64,000 bases of DNA, from contig JAKMXF010000316.1 of the NCBI GenBank assembly GCA_024704765.1, positions 186,001 through 250,000 of the forward strand, read 5' to 3'. The position numbers were made by a program, and so were the translations under genes. Origin of the DNA: Oopsacas minuta. Taxonomy: Eukaryota; Animalia; Porifera. Numbering within the stretch: the stretch's first letter is position 1; each line of letters begins with the position of its first letter. Below are positions 50,547 through 61,531 of the stretch, one piece after another. The notes beneath the pieces are model-generated. The model was not told where the DNA came from. It searched no databases and worked only from the letters and a program-made list of their open reading frames with translations.

Positions 50547-50912
50547 ATTATACTCTTGTGTATCAATAAAAGGAGATATTGAATGTCCAATAAGAAGTTC
50601 AGCAATATTAATAAGAGTTTCACGTAATTTAATCCCCTGCATAACCTTTGAAATATTGCTGAGTAACTGAACGGCCCGAATGAGCGGATCATTAGCAAAC
50701 GAAAAGCGGTGCATCTTAAGTTTGAGAAGTGATATTTCATAATTAAGTTTCATAATCCAATGCTCATCATTGATGTACTTGAGCGACTGTTCCAAGTGAT
50801 TCAAAGCGACTTCAAACTCTTGGCATTGTTGCTCACAAAGAGCAAGTTCTCGAAAATAATATGCTCTCAAGGAATGATGTTGAGAGCCGATTTCGCCAAG
50901 TATGGAAGATAT
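50547..50912 (-). CDS. CFAP46: CFAP46-like internal exon (122 codons)
   Basis: Acceptor TTTTGTAG| at 50913/50912 and donor AAT|GTGAGT at 50547/50546, both phase 0. LRAYYFRELALCEQQCQEFEVALNHLEQSL matches recalled [30 protein letters not shown]. Confidence 0.85.
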
Positions 50913-51284
50913 CTACAAAATATTTGGAGTAACAGAAAATGTATAAAAAATAGTAACATAGCACAATTCAAAATATTTCTCTAAATTCAATAGGGTTTGC
51001 TATCGCCTGTCAGGTCGATGGCAATAAGAGACACAGATTGGGTATTTACATCGACTGGAAACATCGATATTCACTCATTCTAAAAAATATCACCCTACTA
51101 GATATTTCGAGAAATGATATTTGAATATAAATTCATTTTAATCACGCAGTTGTTAAATTCGCACTTGATTATTTTATATGGAGTATTGCATACACTAAAT
51201 ACCTGTGTTAACAAATTTATGGAAAATTTGTAATGGTATAATGAATTACTCAAATGAATTATTCGAATTAAAACCTAAATATTA

Positions 51285-53925
51285 CAAGGTATCCCAAAAT
51301 AATTGCCCTATTGCGTATAGCACAAAATATATTATAACTGAACCTTAAAACAGTATAGACATTAGTTATGGTGATTGAAGAATTGAAATATAACTGCTAT
51401 TCAACTCGAAATATTATAGCTGCTATTTTATAAGTATTTAAAAAATTTTGTCCTCTTTGCCCTGACTGGATTTACTGCCCAATATGGATGTCAATGAAAA
51501 TAAACTACAGGTTAGAAATCGTGCTATCGGTATGCTACCCGCAGGTTCTACTCAGAACTATGTAGCAAACAAACTTAGAAAGGATATCCGAAAGGTTCGG
51601 AGATGGTTGGCACGGTATAATTCTTCAAAAGACCTCCAACACATAGAAAGGGGGATGAAAGGCCCAAAAAGCTAAAAAGGCGGTCCAAAATCATTATTGC
51701 AAAATCTCTTGGTAAACAACACAAGCCAACGCGATGTATTGCCAAACAAATTATGAGAACGTGTGCTCCTGTCTCAAAAGACACCATTCATCGCTATTTA
51801 GCAAAATATTTGGGAGTTAGGCCCTATAAGCGACCCAAACATCCAAAACTCTCTGCAAAACAGAGAGAAAACAGATTAAATTTCTGTCTGGCAAAGCAAA
51901 ACTGGACTGTTGCTGACTGGAGAAACATCCTTTGGTCTGACAAATCTTCTTTCGAGCTATTTCACCCAACAAATCACCAAAATGATAGGATGGGCCAAGA
52001 ATAGCTCGAATATCATGCACAGGAAACGGTGAAATTTCCCCCGAAATTCATGGTTTGGGGAATGATGAGCTTTCGAGCTATATCAAAATTACACTTCATC
52101 CCTCCCAAACAGAAAGTGAATACAGCCTACTATATAGATGAGATCCTGGCTAAGTCTTGTTTGGATACCCTTCGCAGAACTAAAAATAATGGATCAGTTT
52201 GGGAGATGAAAATGGTACCAAACATGTCAAAGGTTGTTTTTAGGCAGGACGGTGTCCCAGCTCACACGCCCAAAATGACCCAAGGTTGGTGCAAGGAGAA
52301 CCTACCAAACTATTGGGAGAAAACTCAATGGCCGGGGAACTCTCCTGACTTAAATCCAATTGAAAACCTATGGGGATATCTTCAGGAAGAACTGAACAAG
52401 AAGGAGCCGCAAAAACTATTTCGGACCTAAAAATGCAGCTCGAACCTGCCTGGGAAGCTCTACAACCAAGTTTTCTGCAAGCGTTAGTAGATGGAAGCCG
52501 GAAAGAGTTAAAACTTCCATCGAATTGGATGGTAAATATACAGGGTGTCTAATAAGCTCTGTCCTCAATGTTTTGCCTGCCATATTTTCTATATTAAACC
52601 AATTTGGTCGATATTTTACAAACTGATAAAATATTTAGTAATAAATTGTTTAGTAAAGTGTTTACTCAATATATCCTCCCTTTTGAGAAATTACAGCCTG
52701 TAGCCACGTCCTAAAGTTCCCTACTGCATTTCGCAGCTCATCTTGTGGTATTTTCTGCCATTCATGCTGAAGGGATAGCTTCAGAGAATCCAAACTCTTG
52801 GGAAGTTTAGCAAAGGCCCTTGCCTCCAGATTAGCCCAGACGTTATAATCGAGCGGATTGAAACTGGACTAGATGGGGGCAATTCGGCTTTGCGAATAAA
52901 CTCGATTTTTCTTGCCCTTAAACAGTCTTGAGTGTTTTTGGATGCATGTGCAGCGGCAGAATCCTGTTGAAAGATCTAAGTGTTAATTCTAAAGAGATTT
53001 TGCCCCCAGTTACACTGATTTCCTGTTCCAAATCAATTCTTGTTATGTCGCAGAGTTGATTTTGACCCCTTGGGGGACAAAAATCAGATTTGTCCGACAC
53101 ACCACGCCAGACCATCACAGACATTGGCTTCTGCACTTTATCGATGTATTATAAGTTTTCTGGGATAGCTGTGGAACTGGTAACAAGAATCCGATCATTT
53201 TGTCTGCTCTAAGCCTCTTCAATCGTGAAAGTTTTCTCATCTGAGAAGAGGATCCGGTCTTCGGCCCCAGGAGCGAACCGCTGAAGAAGTGCTTTCGATC
53301 TAGCCAGCCTCTTAGTCCGAATGCTCGGGTTAAGGTGGTATACCTTCTTTCTTTTAAGATACTTTAGCCCTAGATCCTCAACTAGCAGCTTTCACATCGT
53401 TTCATGACTAACCGATAACTCACGGGCCATTTTCCTGATGGATCTCCGGGGATTCCGAGAAAATTCGGCAGCGGACTTTGTTCTTCAAGGCCGGAGTCCT
53501 TACAGACCTTTGGACGACCGGATCTAGGTTTGTCACTCAAGCTTCCAGTATCCTTATATCGTTTTATGGTACGATATATTAGCTTAGGTGAAACCTTTCC
53601 ATTTTTTGGCATTTGAAATTTCCTTTTTTGAGCTACCTATCTCGAAAAGTGCGATAATTTGGATCTAATTTTTCTGAGCCATTATTTCACAAGCGTAAAT
53701 AATATTATGTAGAAGCCTATTATATCGTTAGAAAGAGTCGAAAAGTGTCACAAATTATGCATCTAAAACTCCTTGTGTGTTCATACGTAACTATGCAATG
53801 AGATGTGATTTATGAGGACAGAACTTATTAGACACTCTGTATATCCAAATGAATGCTAATATTTTCCTCTTTTCTACTATTTTATAGCTAGAACTATAAT
53901 AGGGCAATAATTTTGAGACACCCTG
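51285..53925 (+). mobile_element. Tc1-like DD37E (TRT-like) transposon carrying a nested maT
   Basis: TIRs CA(A/G)GGT(A/G)TC(C/T)CAAAAT(A/T)ATTGCCCTATT, TA TSD. WSD, QDG and PIE motifs with 37 residues between D and E. The C-terminus rejoins when the insert is removed. Confidence 0.88.
52541..53838 (-). mobile_element. maT (DD37D) transposon nested in the TRT-like element
   Basis: TIRs CAG(G/A)GTGTCTAATAAG(C/T)TCTGTCCTCA, TA TSD. Motifs FSDEK, QQDSA and SSP(D)FNPLDY; spacing is 37 after restoring a 1-bp deletion. Confidence 0.88.
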
Positions 53926-54720
53926 TACATTACAAATGTTTGTATACTACAAGGAAGAAATCCAAATGGAAGTTTGCTAGATCGCATGTTTTTCTTCTCA
54001 CCATGGCTATCAAAATGTTCAGATTTCTAATCCTATTTATGCTATATCTGCATGACACTTCTGGAAATCTTTGAATATATAATTTCAGACATCAAGAGTT
54101 AATGGTAGGTATGAATTATTCAACTAATTAATGAATTCATTAACTCATAGATTTGTTAACTTAGCTTGATAATCACTACAAATACTTTTGATATACTTAC
54201 AATAACGCAAATATTAATACTCATGAAATTGTAGAACATAAATCTTGTGGGATCGATCATTTTGTTACAGCCCAGCACAGATGGAAATAGGTGGGAGTGG
54301 AGATATTTTACATGTGTATAAAATGTCTAGATTTCTGTTTACCAGTTTTCAGAATACCATATTTCATATAAACTGAGTTTTAGTGATAATAGTTCTTCAA
54401 CTCAATGAGTTATGGAATATACCTCGAAATGTTAATTTTCTTAAATGTATTGTTGTGGTCTCTTAGTCAATAAAATTTACTTCACTATACCCACCTCCTC
54501 CTATACACAAAAGCGATAGCACTCAATTCAATTCGGACCATGGATGCGAATTACCTGGACTTCAAAGCTAAAAATAATTATTACACAGCCTTTCAATGCT
54601 GCCAATTAAATATTTACCGTATACTAGTATATACCTTGTTCATGTGGCTAACCCAACCTACCTTATGAATATCTAACACATGATAAAGCATTTAAATTCT
54701 CCCTATGAAGAATGTGATTA

Positions 54721-54955
54721 CAGTAAAACTGGGTAATTTTGGTCCAATTGGTTTACTTTAGCACAAATATTGAAGTTCTCAAGAAATTTCGATATGATTC
54801 ACTGTTAACCTGTAAAATGTCCAGGCATATTTTGATCAACTTTTAAACCATATAGGTCATTTCGAAATGAAATTACGGATGATATGATATTTTAAGAAAT
54901 TTAAATCTTTGGGTTAAAGTGAACCCTATGAGAAAAATAACCCCATTTACGACTG
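54721..54955. mobile_element. Degenerate pogo-type MITE
   Basis: CAGTAAAACTGGGTAATTT and AAATAACCCCATTTACGACTG imperfect inverted ends. Confidence 0.4.
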
Positions 54956-56701
54956 ATAAACTTTCTTAAAGCGAGAATGTATTTTTTTGAAATGCAAAAC
55001 AATTAAAAGTTGAGAACAAAATTGGACTATAATCCAGACCGAAGCGTGTCCTATAGTTATAATATGTTGATTTTAGAAGTATACTTCACGAGTTTTCTAA
55101 CTATAAATGCAGACATAATTTTTCAGGCAAGATTGAAGAATAAAAAATCGAGTATCTTTTGAAACTATTTGTAACGATTCACTAATTGAAAATCTTTAAA
55201 TTTTGATGACAAAGTTGCATTTTGTGACAATTAATCAAACAATTAGACCAATATTCTATATGGGTATCTTCTAAGGATAGAAATGTATGAATATGATTTT
55301 CGCAGTTGTTCCTAACCACAAATTTTGCCTGAAAATGCGAAACTTGACAATCAAAATGATGTACTTTTAGTCTCTCATTTGGCAGAAAACTTGGCATAAA
55401 TATCATTCAGATATATATGAGCAATGGGAAAAAGGAATTATCTTTATGAAACGAGGAATTTTCACCCAAATCCTTACCCCAAACTACTGTAGACTGTCAA
55501 GCAGATTCCACTGCACTGTGAGTAGATGAGTGAGAAGAATACACGATCTCAAACACGGAAACATGAAAGAATAATTTATCCTATCGTGACCTAAGTTATA
55601 ATGAGTCCTGTTCACTGGAGTGACAATTTGGACGTCTATGAAGACCATTGGTTTATACTACAAATAATAATGAAATAGATGGCATTCAACCAAGATAACA
55701 ATTAAGAACTTGTTCTTGTGCGATTTTAAGGACCATAGATGTCGTTGAATTAAATTGATTATAAGACAATACAATGTTATATATAGATATAAGATCACAT
55801 AAGTTACACAGTACAAGAAGTAAAGGCATATTTATTGGTTGAATACAAGAATACACTAAGTCACACATTAGATAAATATGAGTTGGGTTTAGAGACAAAA
55901 CAAATAAGAAGCCATTTGGGTTTCAACTACTTCAATTTTTGAGTGTTTTCCACATAAGTCTTCAAGAGTAACAACTAGCAAGTAATTCATACACTGGCGT
56001 CGGAAAAAGGGGGGCTGGGGGCTCTGGCCGGTTGACTTTTTGGGATATATTTCATGTTTCCTGTACTATCAAAATAGTGTATTATTATATGTCACAGCTA
56101 TATCCAAACGTTTTCAGACTGACACTGTTGTATGTAGCATCTCAATCTTTTAAATTGATTAAGTAGTTTCCAGTTTGTTCAGGCCTGTGTTGATTGAAGT
56201 GGGAAATGAATTTGTTGGAGGCGCAAATTCTCGTCAATCTCTGAGTGGAAAATTTGTAATGAATGATAATAACTATCAGATGATACAATTATGTATTATC
56301 GTAACAACTTTTCATTATTTATTACAACATTATATATTAGAATCTGAAGGCTCTTCATTTTCTATTGAAATATCTTCTGTGAGAAATGAGAGACAAGATT
56401 GTCATCTGCTAGAATGTTTGTAATAGACATAAACTGCAATGAAGGTGAGTGACTGGGCGAATTGAGTACTTAATTCATTTGCAGAATAATCTTTAATGGC
56501 AAAATGACATTATAAAACCTGATAGAAAATGGAGAGTCTTGGTCGCAAGTTGATGAGCATAATTCTAAAAAGATCCTGAGTGAAATATTATTTTCTAAAG
56601 GATTTTCTGAAAGAATTCAAGGATTCTGGGCTATTTAACCTATGTTCTGTTCAAGTATCTGGCAGTGGCTAATCTTGAACAAAGAGACTACATGCTTTTA
56701 C

Positions 56702-58030
56702 ATCTTGAATCACTGCTTTGTAGGAAATGATTAAATAACAGATGAGTTAGCACAGGAAGTAAACGAACAATAATTGATCATTTCTTCGACAAACTGGATA
56801 CCATGAATGCGAAACTGTTGAGTAGGATCAGAAAGTTTGTAAACTCAGAATCGGAAATAATAATTGAATACAAGCGGTTAAGAGTAGAAAGATATGGTAA
56901 AAATACGCAATCCAAGGATTGCAGATATTTATCTGAAATATGCGATATAAGCCGGGCTTTTCGCGAGAGTACAAGAATTTCAAGGTTGTTTCGAAATATA
57001 TTTTTCGCTTTCATAATGTCCTCCAACTGAGATAGTATGAACTTAAGACAATAAAATACAGGCTGGCAAACGGAGTCTTCTCAGCAATTGAAATGCCTCA
57101 ACAGAAATATCATCAATAGTAGCTGGAGAATGGTGAAAAATTTGTAGTAATAGATATACTCCATGAATATCATATATCTGAGACAGGGTTAAATAAAGTT
57201 GTACACCTTCATAGTAACCAATAGTATGTAGTGATTCGATAGCTATAAAAGGTATTAACGAAAACGAAATCAATGCACTAAGTGTTTGAAAATGCATGAA
57301 CAATTTCAGGGAAATATCATCAGAAGGCGAAATTATCCAATGATCACCGAAATGTATGCATCTTGTTTTAGGCACTAAAATTTCTAAATGGTACTTTAAT
57401 AGACTCTGATCTATAGCAGTATCAATTAATTCTTGTTCTTTCAAGGCTCGATCAAATCGCCGTTCTTTGATAAAAAAAGATAAACGAAATGTACAGGGGG
57501 CAGGAATCTTGAAAACGCTTCTCTAGCTAATTTGCTGAGCACTTCTAAATATGATCGATTTGATTGAAGGACAGGATAACTTATAATGTCATATTGCGAG
57601 GATATGTTTAGAACAAACAAATACAGATTTCAGGCCTCCGATATCTTTCGTCAGAGCGCACGTAGCCATTGATTTACAAGTTCAGGTGGACCAGTTAGTT
57701 CCTTAAATACATGAGTATAAGGTTTCCCTGATAATTACTCCGGCAGTCCGGGGTAGAACAATTGTTAAAAATTACAAGCTAATGGAAAGTATAACAAATA
57801 AATATACATAAGAAAGTGATAAATAAGAGGTAAATTAGAAAAATGTGTATAAGTAAGATAAAAAATGATGAGACAGGATATATCTAAAAGAATGGCACAA
57901 TAATCACGAAACTCTCGATAGGGTGATATTGGCAATATGTATGTCAATTTCCTCAGCATCCCAATTCCAGCAGACACCAGAAATACCCAAAAATTCAGGA
58001 TATGGCTATCTATCTTCATCAAAATTGATA
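56702..58030 (-). pseudogene. CFAP46: Degenerate 5' coding region of the CFAP46-like gene
   Basis: Colinear matches to recalled human N-terminus: YILPISPYREF, VNQWLRAL, FVLNISSQYDIISYPVL, FFIKERRFDRAL and LPVLTHLLFNHF. In-frame TGA at 57651-57653, 57630-57632 and 56778-56780, plus frame changes near 57480, 57062 and 56720. Candidate donor GAT|GTAAAA at 56702/56701. Confidence 0.7.
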
Positions 58031-58399
58031 AAATAAGCTATGGGATGGAAAACTAGCTACAGGATGATACAGAATTAAAATCTATGCTAGTACAGTGGAA
58101 TATTACTGCGAATTACCAGTATTAGGGTTTTACACGTTCAATTTTAGATTAAGTTTATACAATGCATAAATAATTTATAGTAGGTCGACTATTACGGTTC
58201 GTTTGTTGATTTCAATTTTGTTGTATCACATCAGGTTTTCAATATATGACATAATCTTAATTACCATATACAGAAATACAGAAATCTAGATATTCACGTA
58301 ACTTAGTTATTATTAGAAGAAAATGAATATATGAATAAATTATATTAATTGAAGAATAGCTAACATATAAGTATCTCATTGATGAATTAATGTTAACTA

Positions 58400-61300
58400 C
58401 AAAAAGAGTTCATCTATGGAATTTTGAAGACTATTTTTGCTTGTCTGGTAATTACACAATTCTTTTGATAGCCTGCTTGACCACAGGTGGAACAAATGAT
58501 AATCTTTCGGAATTTTTCATTCAGAATTGGTCAACCATAGATGTAGAGCCCATTGTAACATCACTTAATTTACTTAGAAAATCTAATTTCCTGCTCAAAT
58601 ATTTTGAGATTCTTGCATCAACACATGTCCTCGTTCTAACCCTTCTTCAGAAAGACTACACAATCCTACCCTGTCATTTCTCTCAATAAACTGATGGGCA
58701 TGAGCGAAAAATTTGTGGAGTGTGGTTCTAATACAGGGTGTATCCAAAGTGCTGGTGTATTATATATTTGACTATAACATAGTCAATAAACAATATAAAC
58801 TTATACTCTATTTGCCAATATAATGTTCTGACCGATTTATAACTTCGCTAATGCGATTAGGCATACCATTTGTCAAATTTTGAAGAATCACAGGGTCAAT
58901 CCCTGACTACACCTTTTTCAAATGAATTACGAGGGAATTTATAGTGCTAACTTCGGGGAGTTGCCTGGCCAGTCAACCTTCGCCTAGTAGTTCGGCAGGT
59001 ATTCTGAATACCAAGTCTGAGTGAGCTTGGAGGTGTGCGCTAGAGCGCCATCTTGCATAAAAATAAACTGGGACATCTTTTTAGTCATAGACTGTCCCAT
59101 AATAGTGCCAGAATTTGATGTTCTTCTTATCGCATCCATGCAAGTCCTTTCAATATTATTTCTCGTTAATACTCTCCTTTAACATGTTTCTGAGGGATTA
59201 TATGGAGTTCTGAGAGTGCTGATGAGACATCATCCCCCAAACTTGGATTATCGTTTGGAATTTAACACATTTGAATGACTGAACATCGGCTGAACTATGT
59301 GACCACATTCGGTTGTTCTACCTGTTTGGTGCTACAATAGCTGAAAAAGTGATTCATCGGACCATAAACCTTCTCCCAATCTGTTTACAATCCAATTCTT
59401 ATGTTTGAGAGCGAAGAGGAGTCGATCTTGCATCATTTTATTGGTGAGACGAGGGATTCGCTGCCTTTTGTAAGGATAAACACTGATGAAATGCCTCAAA
59501 TACCGATGGACTGTTGAATGTGAAGCAGAAAAACCAGAATTGAACAATGTACGTGCTATAGATCGTGTAGATTTTCCTCTCTTGCACAAAGCCTTGGATA
59601 TGATGATCTTAGGGGCGCGAGAAAGGATCTTTGGGCGTCCGCACCTGGGTAAAGTACCCAAGGATAGTCCAAGTTTTTCCCGACGGGACCAATTTAGACT
59701 GATCTAATTGAAATACTAGAGCTTCTGATACTTTTTTAAGATTCAAACCAGCCTTTAGAATCCGAATTGCTTCATTTCGAAGTTTAATACCATGGTCGTT
59801 GACATCCATTATGCGAAAAATGCACAACAATGTAAAAACTTAGAAAAAAATATCACAAAGTGAGAATATAGAATAATTTGTGCAGATAAATATACAAAAG
59901 AAATTCAAATATCGGAATGATAACGAAATGATAAGAGTAAGGAATGGGTTGCGATATTATGAACATCGGATAATTGTTAGTTATACGACAGCACTTTTGA
60001 TACACCCTGTAGATGCCCAGGGAAATGTTTGTAAGATTTAGTAAGTTGGTTTCTTGACTTAACACACGAAATCTGTCTATATCGACAACTTCACTACTAA
60101 AGGTGATGGAGGAAGTACATCAATGCCACTTGCAGGTTCGTGTGTAATCCCACACCGTTGCTTTGTATTGTAGATCACCGGCTCTTTCCCATTAGGGTTT
60201 AACTGATGGATCGTCTCTTCGATCTCCTCTATCGAACAATCCAAAGGAAACCGGCAAACAACTTTCGTAATACAATTTATATCACTTCGGGTTGCTTTGC
60301 AGGCAGTACATCGCGCTCTTCCTTTACTTGTCATTGTTGCTAGCGTTTTCCGTCAAACATTGAAGCTTTGACTTCTACTTTACCATGGCCATTTAGGTGA
60401 TCAAAACCATTCTCATTAAGTGAAACAATTTCAGGGTTTAGTTACTTGCTTAATTCTATAACAGTGTCAATAGTCTCCTTTGGCAAATAAATGCTACTGG
60501 TTGGTTGGAAACACACGAGTTAGGATGCTTATTTTTCCCACAGAACATTCGCGAATCGATCTATTACATGGAGAGGTGAAACCATGAAGACAATATAATT
60601 TGATCGGTCTATATTCAAGTCTGATAAAACCCAAGAAAGGAATGAGATCCAGAACCATCCAGTCCATGGTTGATTTGGAGTGTTAATGGATAGAAGTGTG
60701 ATGCAGGGAAATTTAGCACACATTCTCTTGACAACCGGCCAAAGAGAGAAATTACATGTGATGAGTAAGATGTATAGACCCCTGTAAGATTGGAAACATT
60801 TGGATACCAGTCGAATGTTGGAACAATTGATTTTCTAATTTCACTAATTTTTCCCAAGTTACCAAAACGAGGCCTTCTGATTTGAGATAATATTTAAGAT
60901 CTTTCCATTCTCCTTTCCCCAGCTTAAGTTGATATGCTAAGAATGTTGATTTTTCTGTGGAAGCTATGTTAGTGGGAGTTGGTATCGATTCTTCATTATA
61001 GATTCTCCAAGCGATATTAGCGATGACTTTAAAACCAATTTGTTCTACAGCTACAATATACAGGAGGAGAGCAACGTAGCGAATAACAGAAATATTTTCA
61101 AGTTGTGCTAACTGCCAGATGGACAGATGGAAGTAAGTATCCCAGTGATCAAGTCTGATCATTTTAAAACGAACTTGGATGTCATCAATTGATTATCTCC
61201 TCTCTACATTGAGAACCAATATAACACCGCTTTCTACATCACAACCTGAAACAGAAAGAAATGATTGGGTGCTCTTAGGTTTAACAGGGATCCAAGGAAT

Positions 61301-61531
61301 TCTTACACTTCACCAATCACCATCTAAGCTCTCAATAGATTTCTTAGTCTTTCTGATTCAAATGATATTTTAAAAATTAGTGAGTATACAGAATGTCTTG
61401 TCAGCCTCGAGATTTAGTAAACACACTATTTCATCTGCTGCTTGATTGGTATCATAGATGTGAGCCTTCAATATGATAGCCAAGTCAAGACGTGTTTTCG
61501 GGTTTTCAGATAATATTGTTGCTTCAGGCAT
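58400..61531 (-). pseudogene. RAG1-core-like (Transib superfamily) transposase, degenerate, interrupted by a Tc1-like element
   Basis: ATG at 61531. Motifs GLDGSGSH (D 60657-60659), SMFDGK (D 60352-60354), CTACKATR, FPWASIRTTLHKFFAHAHQFIERND (joined across the insertion) and SEEGLE (E 58634-58636). Confidence 0.88.
58734..60009 (-). mobile_element. Tc1-like DD37E (TRT-like) transposon, same family as 51285-53925
   Basis: TIRs CAGGGTGTATC(C/A)AAAGTGCTG, TA TSD. MDVN start, GRPKIL, PYKRQRIPRL and WSDES motifs. Confidence 0.88.

Noticed and set aside
56778-57653. Alternative genetic code (TGA read as Trp/Cys) to rescue the CFAP46 5' region
   Set aside because: The 1,316-codon exon has no internal TGA and uses TGG for Trp, and the same 5' region also contains frameshifts that recoding cannot fix.
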